Part shown: positions 8,121 through 17,291 of the stretch, piece by piece | Layout of the letters: every line of letters starts with the position of its first letter | Position numbering within the stretch: the stretch's first letter is position 1 | DNA from: Collinsella sp. | GTDB taxonomy: Bacteria > Actinomycetota > Coriobacteriia > Coriobacteriales > Coriobacteriaceae | Length of the DNA: 64,000 nucleotides | NCBI GenBank assembly: GCA_048189585.1 | Contig: DBEZHA010000007.1 | Span: forward strand, 82,053 to 146,052 | Direction: 5' to 3' | Notes under the pieces: model-generated | Told to the model about the DNA's origin: nothing | What the model saw: only the letters and a program-made list of their open reading frames with translations | Databases searched by the model: none | Made by a program: the position numbers and the translations under genes

Positions 8121-10238
8121 ATGGCATCTGCTGTGAAGCGTGACGGTCGCGCCGTGGTGACCACATGCGGGGGATGCTATGCCGATTGCGCCTTTGTGGC
8201 ACGAGTTGAGGACGGTCGCGTGGCGGCCGAGTTGCCGGTGCCAGGGCATCCGTGCGCGGCGCGTGCCCTGTGTGCCCGCGGACGGCATCGCCTGGCAATG
8301 CCGTTTGACGAGCGCGACCGCATTGTGCACCCCATGCGCCGACGAGCTGATGGCTCGGGGTTCGATGTGATTTCGTGGGACGAGGCGTTTGCCCAGATTG
8401 CCGAGCGCCTTTTGGGGATTGTTGACGGGCATGGTCCGCGCGCGCTGGGCATGACGCTCGGCGTGCCCTCGTTCGACCGTTACTGGGCGTATCGTTTTAT
8501 GCATGCGCTGGGCTCGCCCAACGTATACGGTGCCGACGGCGCCTGCGAGGTAAGCAGACTTACCGGCTGGGAGCACAGTCTGGGCTACAGCCCCGCCTCC
8601 GACCTGGCGCATACCGATTGCATCATGTATTTGGGACGTTCCATTGTCGATTCGTCGACGATGGGGGCCGTTGATGCGCTCAACGATGCGCGCCGGCGCG
8701 GGGCGAAAATCATCGTGGTTGACCCCCGGCGCAGTGGCTCGGCTGCGCTTGCCGACCGCTGGCTGCGCGTGCGTCCGGGATGCGATCTGGCGCTGCTGCT
8801 GGGTATCGCACATGTGCTCATTGCCGAGGACTTGTACGACCGTGAGTTTGTTGCCCGCTATACCACGGGGTTTGATGAACTGGCGCAGGCGTCCAGTGCT
8901 TGGACGCCCGAGTGGGCCGAGTCGATGTGCGACGTGCCGGCCGAAGAGATTGTCGCGACGGCGCGCGATTTGGCTGCCGCGGCGCCTGCTGCAGTGGTGG
9001 ACGCTGGCTTTCATGGTGGCATCGGTATCGCGTATGCCAATAGCACCCAGACCGCGCGCGCTATCTGCTTGGTCGATGTGCTGCTGGGCTGCATCGGACA
9101 CGCGGGCGGTGCGCTCAACCCACCGACGCCGCTTGCGCTGGGCGACTTGGACCCTGCGCGTTTTGCGACGCCGTCAGTGCCGCGTGAGCCTAAGTTGGGG
9201 TCCGAGCGCTATCCGCTCGTCGATCCGGTTCGCGGCCTGTGCACGACCATCGGTCAGTCCATTCTTGCCGGCGATTTGCGTGGGCTGATCGTTTACGCCA
9301 GCAATCCCGGCGCGGGCTATGGCAATGCACAGGCTTGGTTGAGTATTTTGCAGCAGCTCGACTTGCTTGTGACGATTGATATTCGTTGGTCCGAGACGGC
9401 GCGTGCTTCTGACTTCGTGCTTCCCGACGTGACGTATCTGGAGGCCGACCGTGGCTTGGGAACGGTGATAGGCGCCAACGATTCGCGCGTGTTCTACCGC
9501 AATGCCGTGCTGCCCGTGCAGCATGACGACACGAGACCGGGGCGGGAGATTTTTGCCGGTCTGGCGCAGGCGTGTGGCGTGGGCGAGTACTTCCAGTTTA
9601 CGTCTGACGATCTGGCAGCTGCCCAGGTGGAGCCTTTTGGGGTTGATCTGGACGAGCTCAAGGAGCGCGGTTGGGCCGATACGGGCGTGTCGCTGCCGTC
9701 GCGCACGGGTGAGCCGGCGATTCCGCTTGCCGGCGGCAAGATTGCGCTGGCAAGTGACGTATGGGAGCGTGCCGGCCTGGGACGCGTGCCAGACTGGATC
9801 GCGCCCATGGTGGAGCCCGGTCTGGGGATGTTTCGCCTCATTAGCGGCAACCGGCCCTTTGAGTCGCATACCTCGCGCAGACTCGCGGCGGCCGGTGCCG
9901 CCGAGGCGGGGTCGGACTTGGACGCCGTGCAGATGAATGCCGATGTTGCTGCACGCATGGGTATCGCCGATGGCGAGGTCGTCGAGCTTGTGAGCGACAT
10001 AGGCCGCGACCGCGTGCGCGTGGAGACGACGCCGTATCTGCATCCGGCGTGCATCTTCACCTCGGCCGCTCCCGGCGGGCGTTCGTTTGGCGCTGGCGCG
10101 GATGGAGCCCAAGCGCTCGGCGTTGGCCCGCTCGACCATACGCCGCTGCGTTGGGACCCGTTGACGGGCGCCGCGCTCACCCAGGAAAACGCCGTTCGCG
10201 TGGAAAAGATCGCGGCGCGCGAGGATAATAACGAGTAA
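8121..10238 (+). CDS. Molybdopterin (bis-MGD) oxidoreductase, DMSO reductase superfamily, catalytic subunit of unknown substrate
   Basis: N-terminal CGGCYADC..C 4Fe-4S motif, IIVVDPR, VRPGCDLALLLG, SETARASDFVLP, C-terminal molydop-binding domain; no Tat signal. Confidence 0.85.
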   Translation: MASAVKRDGRAVVTTCGGCYADCAFVARVEDGRVAAELPVPGHPCAARALCARGRHRLAMPFDERDRIVHPMRRRADGSGFDVISWDEAFAQIAERLLGIVDGHGPRALGMTLGVPSFDRYWAYRFMHALGSPNVYGADGACEVSRLTGWEHSLGYSPASDLAHTDCIMYLGRSIVDSSTMGAVDALNDARRRGAKIIVVDPRRSGSAALADRWLRVRPGCDLALLLGIAHVLIAEDLYDREFVARYTTGFDELAQASSAWTPEWAESMCDVPAEEIVATARDLAAAAPAAVVDAGFHGGIGIAYANSTQTARAICLVDVLLGCIGHAGGALNPPTPLALGDLDPARFATPSVPREPKLGSERYPLVDPVRGLCTTIGQSILAGDLRGLIVYASNPGAGYGNAQAWLSILQQLDLLVTIDIRWSETARASDFVLPDVTYLEADRGLGTVIGANDSRVFYRNAVLPVQHDDTRPGREIFAGLAQACGVGEYFQFTSDDLAAAQVEPFGVDLDELKERGWADTGVSLPSRTGEPAIPLAGGKIALASDVWERAGLGRVPDWIAPMVEPGLGMFRLISGNRPFESHTSRRLAAAGAAEAGSDLDAVQMNADVAARMGIADGEVVELVSDIGRDRVRVETTPYLHPACIFTSAAPGGRSFGAGADGAQALGVGPLDHTPLRWDPLTGAALTQENAVRVEKIAAREDNNE

Positions 10239-10290
10239 TTGACTCAGCTGATGTATTCGACTGATCCACGTTTCTTTTGAAAGGCCGCAC

Positions 10291-11748
10291 ATGAGCGATA
10301 GCCAGAACATGTCCGATGAGGTACGCGCCCGCCTGCGCGCCATTCCTTCCGTCAACGAGCTGCTTGCCGAGTGGCCGGTTGTGAAGGCGGCGGGGGAGAC
10401 CTGCGACGCGGTGGCGCATGCCGCCGTCACGGCCGAGCTCGACGAGGAGCGAGCCGCCATTCGCGCCGGTGCTGCCCCGCGCTCTAAGCGTGACCTGGCC
10501 TCGGCCATCGAGTGGCGTGCGCACCGCTCCGCGTTGCCGAGCCTACGCCCCGCCGTCAACGCTACGGGCGTGGTCATCCATACCAACTTGGGCCGCGCCC
10601 CGCTCGCGGAGTCGGCGGCGAAGGCCGTGGCCGAGGTCGCGCGCGGCTACAGCACGCTCGAGTACAGCGTGGACACCTGCTCGCGCGGGTCGCGCAAGGA
10701 GCATGCCGCGCAGCTGATTCGCTCTCTCACTGGTGCCGAGGACGCGCTCGTGGTCAACAACAACGCCGCCGCTGTGCTGCTGGTGCTGGCGACCCATGCC
10801 GCAGGCAAGGAGGTCATCGTCAGCCGCGGCGAGCTTGTCGAGATCGGCGGCAGCTTCCGTATCCCCGATGTTATGGAGGCCTCGGGCGCCAAGCTTGTCG
10901 AGGTCGGTGCCACCAACCGCACGCACCTTGCCGATTACGAGCGCGCCATCACGTCCGAAACGGCCATGATCCTCAAGGTCCATCCTTCCAACTATCGCAT
11001 CGAGGGTTTCCACGAGGAGGTGGGCTCTCGGGAGCTTGCCGCGCTGGCGCATAAGCATGGCCTGCTGTTCTATGAGGATCAGGGCTCGGGTGCGCTATTG
11101 CCCGATGACATCCTGGTGCGCGGCGGCGAGGAGACCACGCCGACCTCGGTTGCTGCCGGGCTCGACATCGTGTCGTGCTCGGGCGATAAGCTGCTCGGTG
11201 CCGCGCAGGCGGGCATTATCATGGGCCGTCGCGATCTGGTCCAGGCCTGCGGCGCACATCCGCTCATGCGCGCTCTGCGTCCGGGCAAACTGGCTCTGTC
11301 GGCGCTCGAGGCCACGCTGCGTATCTACATGGATGGCGCCGATGTTGCCCATCGCGATATTCCGGTGCTCAGCATGCTTACGCTGCCGCAGGCTCATTTG
11401 GAGCGACGTGCCCGTAAGCTGCGTGATCGTATGGTCGCCGGGCTCGATAAGGCTGGTTGCCCGTGCGCTGTTCAGGTGGAGATTGTCGAGGAATCGTCGA
11501 CCCCCGGTGGCGGTTCGCTGCCTACCGTGGAGCTGCCCACGATGTGCGTTGCCGTGCGTCTTGTTGACGAGCGCCTGACGGTCGACGCGCTCAAGCGCTC
11601 GCTTGTCCAGGACCTCGACACGCCGGTCGTCACGCGCACCTCGCACGACCGCATTCTGTTTGATGTGCGCACGCTCGTGGGCGACCGCGATATCGAGACG
11701 GCGGCATCGACGCTCGTCGCGTGCGTTGAGAAGGCGATTGCTCGATGA
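10291..11748 (+). CDS. selA: L-seryl-tRNA(Sec) selenium transferase
   Basis: NATGVVIHTNLGRAP, VNNNAAA, SRGELVEIGGSFRIPD, SGDKLLG (PLP Lys). Confidence 0.96.
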   Translation: MSDSQNMSDEVRARLRAIPSVNELLAEWPVVKAAGETCDAVAHAAVTAELDEERAAIRAGAAPRSKRDLASAIEWRAHRSALPSLRPAVNATGVVIHTNLGRAPLAESAAKAVAEVARGYSTLEYSVDTCSRGSRKEHAAQLIRSLTGAEDALVVNNNAAAVLLVLATHAAGKEVIVSRGELVEIGGSFRIPDVMEASGAKLVEVGATNRTHLADYERAITSETAMILKVHPSNYRIEGFHEEVGSRELAALAHKHGLLFYEDQGSGALLPDDILVRGGEETTPTSVAAGLDIVSCSGDKLLGAAQAGIIMGRRDLVQACGAHPLMRALRPGKLALSALEATLRIYMDGADVAHRDIPVLSMLTLPQAHLERRARKLRDRMVAGLDKAGCPCAVQVEIVEESSTPGGGSLPTVELPTMCVAVRLVDERLTVDALKRSLVQDLDTPVVTRTSHDRILFDVRTLVGDRDIETAASTLVACVEKAIAR

Positions 11749-13712
11749 GTGAGGTTCAAGCGCTGGTGGAGTGTCCCGTTATCGTTGGCACGGCGGGCCA
11801 CGTTGACCACGGTAAGTCGGCGCTGATCGAGGCACTGACCGGCAAGAATCCCGACCGTCTGGAGGTTGAGCGCCGTCGCGGTATGACCGTGGAGCTGGGT
11901 TTTGGCGAGCTGGCACTGCCGAGCGGCAAGATTGTCGGCCTGGTCGATGTGCCGGGGCATGCCCACTACCTGCGCGCCATGGTGCAGGGCGCCACGGGCA
12001 TCGACGTGGCCGTGCTGGTGGTCTCTGCCGTTGAGGGCGTGATGCCGCAGACCCGCGAGCACGTGCACGTGCTGGAGCTGCTGGGCGTCACGCATATGGT
12101 GGTGGCGCTGACTATGTGTGACCTGGCCGACGCCGAGATGACCGAGCTTGCCGAGCTCGACGTCGATGACTTTTTGTCGGGTACCGTGTTTGCGGGTGCG
12201 CCGATTGTGCCCGTGTCGTCCAAGACGGGCGAGGGGATCGACGGGCTGCTTGCGGTGCTCGACGAGCAGGTAAGTGCCTGCTGGGATGCCTGCCGCGCTC
12301 GTGCCGAGCTCACCGATGCCGCACCGCGTCTGCCCATCGACCGTTGCTTTACGATCAAGGGCGCCGGTACCGTGGTGACGGGAACGCTGCACGATGCGCC
12401 CGTCGCGGTGGGGGATGAGCTTGTCGCGCTGCCGTCGCGTACGGCCTGTCGCGTGCGTGGGATTCGGGTGCATGGCGATACGCCGCGGGCGTTGCCCGGT
12501 CAGCGTGTGGCGCTCAACTTGGTGGGCGATGCCGTCGCCGCGCTCGATCGCGGTGAGATGCTCGGCGTGGCTGGCCGCTTTGGCCAGACGATGCGCTTTA
12601 TGATGACGTTCACCTACCTGGGCCGCGAGGGCGCCAAGCCGCGTGTGTTCGAGTCGGGTGCGCGTGTGCACGTGATGGCGGGTACGGCCGAGGTTGTCGG
12701 TCGCATCATGTTCATGGAGGGCGAGGCCCCCATGGCGGTGGGTGAGACTCGTATTGTTCAGGTGCGCTTGGAAAACTCGCTGCCGCTACGTGCTGGGGAC
12801 CATGCCGTGGTGCTGTCCTATTCGCCCGTGATGCTTATTGGCGGCGGGCGTGTGCTGCTTTCGCGCTGCCGTCGCTCGCGCGAGCTTGCCGAAGGAGAGC
12901 GTGCACTGTATGCGGCGCTCGAGTCCGGCGATATCACGGGCGGTGTGGGCGCTTGGCTGGCGCTGCAGATGCTGCCGGTTGCGGCGGTTGATGTTGCCGA
13001 CGCTTTGGATCTTGGCGTCGGCGATGTCGATGCTGCACTGCGCGGGTTGGTGGCGCAGGGCACTGCTTGCGTGCTTGCTGGCTCGGATGGCACGCTGTAT
13101 GCAGATGCTTCCGTGTTCGACGCCGCGATGGATGCACTGGCGGCGACCTTGTCAGCCATGCACGCGACGGCTCCCAAGGAGACGGGCTTTACGCCTGGTG
13201 CCGTTGCCCATGCTGCGTGGCCTGCCGCTGATGAAGGCGTTGCCGCTGCCCTGATTGCCGAGGGCTGCTCCCGTGGCGTGTGCGCCGCCGAGGGCGCCGA
13301 GGTATTCGATCCGCATTCGGCCGCCGCGGCGGCACGCGTGGTGCGAGAGGCTTGCGAGCGCATCGTCGCGCTGCTTGACGAGACCGGCCTGGACGCACCG
13401 GCGCTTCCCGAGGTGGGCGAACAGCTGCAGCTCGGCCGTGACACCATGACGCGTGCCCTGCGCGAGCTTTCGCTCAATCGCTCGATCGTTAAGGTCGAGC
13501 GCGACGTTGCCCTGTCTGCTACCGCCGAGGCCCATGCGCGTGAGCTCGTCGCCGCTGCCATTGAGGCAGCCGGCGGCGCAGCCACCACGAGCGTGCTGCG
13601 CGAGGCCCTGGGTGTGTCGCGCAAACGCGCCATCAGCATCCTTGAGCATCTAGATGCCGTACGCTTCACAGTCCTCGACAAGGATGCCGGCGGCCTGCGC
13701 TCCCTGCGCTAG
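11745..13712 (+). CDS. selB: Selenocysteine-specific elongation factor
   Basis: GTAGHVDHGKS, RGMTVELGF, DVPGH, PIDRCF, GQRVALNL; C-terminal winged-helix SRKRAISILEHLD; overlaps the selA stop. Confidence 0.93.
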   Translation: MSEVQALVECPVIVGTAGHVDHGKSALIEALTGKNPDRLEVERRRGMTVELGFGELALPSGKIVGLVDVPGHAHYLRAMVQGATGIDVAVLVVSAVEGVMPQTREHVHVLELLGVTHMVVALTMCDLADAEMTELAELDVDDFLSGTVFAGAPIVPVSSKTGEGIDGLLAVLDEQVSACWDACRARAELTDAAPRLPIDRCFTIKGAGTVVTGTLHDAPVAVGDELVALPSRTACRVRGIRVHGDTPRALPGQRVALNLVGDAVAALDRGEMLGVAGRFGQTMRFMMTFTYLGREGAKPRVFESGARVHVMAGTAEVVGRIMFMEGEAPMAVGETRIVQVRLENSLPLRAGDHAVVLSYSPVMLIGGGRVLLSRCRRSRELAEGERALYAALESGDITGGVGAWLALQMLPVAAVDVADALDLGVGDVDAALRGLVAQGTACVLAGSDGTLYADASVFDAAMDALAATLSAMHATAPKETGFTPGAVAHAAWPAADEGVAAALIAEGCSRGVCAAEGAEVFDPHSAAAAARVVREACERIVALLDETGLDAPALPEVGEQLQLGRDTMTRALRELSLNRSIVKVERDVALSATAEAHARELVAAAIEAAGGAATTSVLREALGVSRKRAISILEHLDAVRFTVLDKDAGGLRSLR

Positions 13713-13724
13713 GCCACCCTTATC

Positions 13725-13791
13725 AGTTGCGGTGAAATAGTTCCTGTTTTCCGGTTTAGATGCCTCTTCCAGGAACTATTCCACCGCAACT
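13725..13791. repeat. 67-bp palindromic repeat family B, copy 1
   Basis: AGTTGCGGTGAAATAGTTCCTG...CAGGAACTATTCCACCGCAACT; further copies at 21280, 29957, 31189 and a variant at 17142. Confidence 0.9.
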
Positions 13792-13843
13792 TTGAGGATG
13801 GCCAGCCGAAGCTGGCCATCTTGAGCCTTGAATCGGGCCGGTC

Positions 13844-14003
13844 GCCACGAAAAGGGCCTGTCTACTACGTTTAGTCGACTACCCTCAACCATTCCGAAAT
13901 TCGCGAAATTAAAACCGCAGGTAGACGGCTTGGCGATTTTCTAAAAACGCGGGTATGGTCGACCCATGCCAGTCAAACGTAGTAGATAGCCCGTTTTCGT
14001 GTC
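13844..14003. repeat. 160-bp inverted-repeat element family A (MITE/REP-like), copy 1
   Basis: Terminal IRs around TCTACTACGTTT / AAACGTAGTAGA, core AAAACCGCAGGTAGA; homologue at 29756-29915. Confidence 0.85.
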
Positions 14004-14015
14004 ACGACACCGGGT

Positions 14016-14120
14016 TAGTCTTTTTGGGACGGGGCTTTTTTAGCTGCCCATCTCAAACATGTCTTAAGCTTTGAGGGCTCCGGATGGGGCAGCTAAAAAA
14101 GCCCCGTCCCAAAAAGACTA
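14016..14120. repeat. Perfect 34-bp inverted repeat with 37-bp spacer
   Basis: TAGTCTTTTTGGGACGGGGCTTTTTTAGCTGCCC at 14016-14049 and its exact reverse complement at 14087-14120. Confidence 0.9.
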
Positions 14121-14131
14121 CCCTGCTAGTT

Positions 14132-14140
14132 TGGTAAAAT
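14132..14140 (+). promoter_or_regulatory. Extended -10 promoter element for tRNA-Sec
   Basis: TGGTAAAAT ending 12 nt upstream of the tRNA 5' end. Confidence 0.55.
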
Positions 14141-14152
14141 ACCGGCGCACTT

Positions 14153-14249
14153 GGGAACGGATGGGCTCCGGTGGGCTCCGCGGTCCTCAAAACCGTTGCG
14201 AGGCGTGCAAAACGTCTTGGATGTGTTCGATTCACATACGTTCCCGCCA
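14153..14249 (+). tRNA. selC: tRNA-Sec (anticodon TCA)
   Basis: 97 nt; GGGAACG/CGTTCCC acceptor stem, G73 + CCA, 6-bp D stem with CGGT loop, anticodon loop CCTCAAA, long variable arm, T arm ATGTG-TTCGATT-CACAT; near selAB. Confidence 0.93.
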
Positions 14250-14404
14250 TACGCTACCAGCGCTTTTGTGCTCGCGGTCTTGCTGCGTGCCGCAAAGGCG
14301 TTGTTTTGTTTTGGCGCGGGGTTGTCGTGTCGCCTTCTTTTTCGGCGATGGCGCATGGCCTCGTGCACCGGGTTTTTAGCATGCCGATGGGGGTGGTTTG
14401 CCGT

Positions 14405-15037
14405 ATGACTACCGTAAGACGGGCCGATCTTTCTTGCGTCGTTCAAGCGGGCGGGTTTTCCTCGCGTATGGGCTGCGATAAGGCGCGCATGGCGTTTTGC
14501 GGCGAGCCGCTCATCGAGCGCGTGCTGGGTCGGCTGGCGCCAGTTGCCGGCGAACTGGTCGTCACGACGTCGCGCCCCTGCGAGCTTGCCCACCTTGAAG
14601 AGCGCGCGTTTGGCGGCCTGGTGCCGCGTGTGGTGGCGGACCTTGAAGGGCCGGCGGGCGCCATGCGCGGCATCGCGAGCTCGTTGGCCGCGGCGCGATT
14701 GCCGCTCGTGGCGATCGTCGCCTGCGACATGCCATTTGTCTCGCCGGAACTTATCGGCGCGCTTGCCGATCGTGTTGAGGCCGAGGCGCTCGACGTGTGC
14801 GTGCCGCGCGAGGAGCGGGGGATTGAGCCGCTTTGCGCCGTCTGGCGCCGTGACGCATGTGCGCCGGCCGCCCAAGAGCTGCTCTCCTGCGACCGCCAAC
14901 GCATTCGCTGCCTGATCAATCGCGTTCAGGCTGGTTATGTGGATGAGCCGCAGATCGTTAAGGTTGCGGGCTCGACGCTCTGCTTCGAAAACGTCAATAC
15001 GCCCGAGGAGTTTGCGGCGGCCGAGTTGCTCGCCTAG
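14405..15037 (+). CDS. mobA: Molybdenum cofactor guanylyltransferase
   Basis: QAGGFSSRMGCDKA, ACDMPF, EPLCAVW, FENVNTPEE. Confidence 0.88.
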   Translation: MTTVRRADLSCVVQAGGFSSRMGCDKARMAFCGEPLIERVLGRLAPVAGELVVTTSRPCELAHLEERAFGGLVPRVVADLEGPAGAMRGIASSLAAARLPLVAIVACDMPFVSPELIGALADRVEAEALDVCVPREERGIEPLCAVWRRDACAPAAQELLSCDRQRIRCLINRVQAGYVDEPQIVKVAGSTLCFENVNTPEEFAAAELLA

Positions 15038-15052
15038 ACGATTGGAGTTGCC

Positions 15053-15448
15053 ATGTCTCACGATATTTGTCCCGATACCGGGGAACCTTGCACTTGCGAT
15101 GGGTCCGAGCCCTGTACCTGCGGCTGCGGTGGCTGTGGGCATACTGCGGAAGAGGAAGCGGCCGCCGCGGCGTATCGTGAGGCACACCGCGAGGGCCCGT
15201 CCGGTGATGCCCTCGACCACGAGCGCAAGATTATCGTGTCGTTTGACAGCACCTTCGATGTGATGGAATGCGAGCAGCTGTGCTTGGATGCCGGTGTGCC
15301 CGGGCGCATTATGCCTTTGCCCGGCTCCATTACCGCAGGTTGCGGGCTGTGCTGGGCCATGCCGTTCTCGGGCGATGCGCTCGCCGCTTTCCGCGCCGCC
15401 ACCGAGGGCCGTATAACCCCTGCCGACTACCATCAGCTCGTCCTTTAA
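15053..15448 (+). CDS. DUF3343-like protein with Cys-rich N-terminal extension
   Basis: IVSFDSTFDVM..E and IMPLPGSITAGCGL resemble DUF3343; the N-terminus carries seven clustered Cys. Confidence 0.7.
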   Translation: MSHDICPDTGEPCTCDGSEPCTCGCGGCGHTAEEEAAAAAYREAHREGPSGDALDHERKIIVSFDSTFDVMECEQLCLDAGVPGRIMPLPGSITAGCGLCWAMPFSGDALAAFRAATEGRITPADYHQLVL

Positions 15449-15458
15449 CCACCACCAC

Positions 15459-15493
15459 ACCACCACAAAGGTGCCTGTCCCCAATGTGGTGGT
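15459..15493. repeat. Short REP-like hairpin
   Basis: ACCACCACA-AAGGTGCCTGTCCCCAA-TGTGGTGGT, preceded by a duplicated ACCACCAC. Confidence 0.45.
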
Positions 15494-15707
15494 TTGGAAC
15501 ATGTGGACGAAACAGCTTCGAAACACGCGATTTGTTCGTCAGGCTCTCAAAAACGCTTCTACCTGCATCGTAATCAAAACGAAACATCTGCTCGTCGGCT
15601 TATGCGAAACATTGCCGCAACAGTGCGATATTATCCATACTCGATAAAGTTCGCGGCACATAGGGTGCCGCGACCAACATTTTTCGTTTCCCATCATTGG
15701 AGGAAGC

Positions 15708-17063
15708 ATGAGCTACACGCAGAAAGTTCTCGACGAGCTCAAGGCCCGCTATCCCGAGCAGCCTGAGTTCATCCAGGCCGCGACCGAGATCCTCGGCACC
15801 ATCCAGCCGGCGCTCGACGCCCATCCCGAGTACGAGGAGGCCGCCCTGCTGGAGCGCCTCGTCGAGCCCGAGCGCATCGTCATGTTCCGTGTTCCCTGGG
15901 TCGACGACCAAGGCAAGGTTCAGGTCAACCGCGGTTACCGCGTCGAGTTCAACTCTGCCATTGGACCCTACAAGGGCGGCCTGCGCTTTAACCCGACGGT
16001 TACCCTGGGCATGCTCAAGTTCCTGGGCCTGGAGCAGATCCTCAAGAACAGCCTGACCACCCTTCCCATGGGCGGCGGCAAGGGCGGTTCCGACTTTGAC
16101 CCCAAGGGCAAGTCCAACAACGAGATCATGCACTTCTGCCAGTCCTTCATGACCGAGCTCTATCGCCACATTGGCCCCAACACCGACGTTCCCGCCGGCG
16201 ACCTGGGCGTTGGCGGCCGAGAGGTTGCCTACCTGTTCGGTCAGTACAAGCGCCTGACCAACGAGTGGACCGGCGTCCTTACCGGCAAGGGCCTCTCCTT
16301 TGGCGGCTCGCTCGCCCGTACCGAGGCCACCGGTTACGGTCTGGCCTACTTTGTGGACGAGTACCTCAAGAGCCGCGGCGACTCCTTCGAGGGCAAGAAC
16401 GTCGTCGTTCACGGCTCCGGCAACGTCGCTATCTACGCGGTCCAGAAGGTCACTCAGCTCGGCGGCAAGGTGCTCGCCTGCTCCGATACCCACGGCTGGG
16501 TCGAGGATCCCGACGGCATCGACTACACCGTGCTCGAGCACATCTACAACAAGAAGCGCTCTGGCCACGACAAGGGCGTTACGCTCGCTATGTACGTTGA
16601 CGAGAAGCCCAACGCCGTGTGGCACGAGGGCGACGGCCGCGGCGTGTGGCAGCTGCCCTGCGACATCGCGCTGCCCTGCGCACGCGAGAACACGCTGCTG
16701 CTCGAGGACGCTCAGGCGCTCGTCGCCAACGGCTGCAAGGTGGTCGGCGAGGGCGCGAACATGCCCACGACCATCGAGGCCACGACCTACTTCCAGGAGA
16801 ACGGCGTCGCCTTTATGCCCGGTAAGGCTGCCAACGCCGGCGGCGTGCTCGTGTCCGGCCTGGAGATGAGCCAGAACGCCGAGCACCTGTCCTGGACCTT
16901 CGAGGAGGTCGACGGCAAGCTCGAGCAGCTCATGCGCGGCATGTTCCACAACGTGGACGATACCGCCAAGGAGTACGGCGAGGAGGGCAACTTCGTCATG
17001 GGCGCCAACATCGCCGGCTTCCTGAAGGTCGCCGACGCCATGCTCGCTCAGGGCGTCTGCTAA
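15708..17063 (+). CDS. gdhA: NADP-specific glutamate dehydrogenase
   Basis: GPYKGGLRF, LPMGGGKGGSDFDPKGKS, DVPAGD, RTEATGYG, GKAANAGGV. Confidence 0.97.
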   Translation: MSYTQKVLDELKARYPEQPEFIQAATEILGTIQPALDAHPEYEEAALLERLVEPERIVMFRVPWVDDQGKVQVNRGYRVEFNSAIGPYKGGLRFNPTVTLGMLKFLGLEQILKNSLTTLPMGGGKGGSDFDPKGKSNNEIMHFCQSFMTELYRHIGPNTDVPAGDLGVGGREVAYLFGQYKRLTNEWTGVLTGKGLSFGGSLARTEATGYGLAYFVDEYLKSRGDSFEGKNVVVHGSGNVAIYAVQKVTQLGGKVLACSDTHGWVEDPDGIDYTVLEHIYNKKRSGHDKGVTLAMYVDEKPNAVWHEGDGRGVWQLPCDIALPCARENTLLLEDAQALVANGCKVVGEGANMPTTIEATTYFQENGVAFMPGKAANAGGVLVSGLEMSQNAEHLSWTFEEVDGKLEQLMRGMFHNVDDTAKEYGEEGNFVMGANIAGFLKVADAMLAQGVC

Positions 17064-17088
17064 ATCTTGCTCGACATAGCATGCGATG

Positions 17089-17119
17089 AGGCTCCCAGCT
17101 ATCTGGCTGGGAGCCTTTT
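17089..17119 (+). terminator. Intrinsic terminator after gdhA
   Basis: AGGCTCCCAGC...GCTGGGAGCC-TTTT. Confidence 0.75.
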
Positions 17120-17141
17120 CTATCCCGGAGGACTCCTCATA

Positions 17142-17208
17142 ACTTGCGGTGATATACGGACTGTTTAGCGTCCCAGAACGGCTAATCAGTCCGTATATCA
17201 CCGCAAGT
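17142..17208. repeat. 67-bp palindromic repeat family B, divergent copy
   Basis: ACTTGCGGTGATATACGGACTG...CAGTCCGTATATCACCGCAAGT; same length as the other copies, with paired changes in both arms. Confidence 0.8.
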
Positions 17209-17291
17209 TATGGATGGGTGGGTGGATTTTGTCCTAAAACGGTGTGCGGCCCCTCGTTTGGTACACTTAAAAGTACTGGACAAGTGAAGAG

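Noticed and set aside
8082..10238. Formate dehydrogenase H or a selenoprotein call for the Mo enzyme
   Set aside because: No in-frame TGA and no RxC/UH active-site motif.
14171..14404. Long N-terminal extension of MobA
   Set aside because: Overlaps tRNA-Sec; MobA homology begins at ATG 14405.
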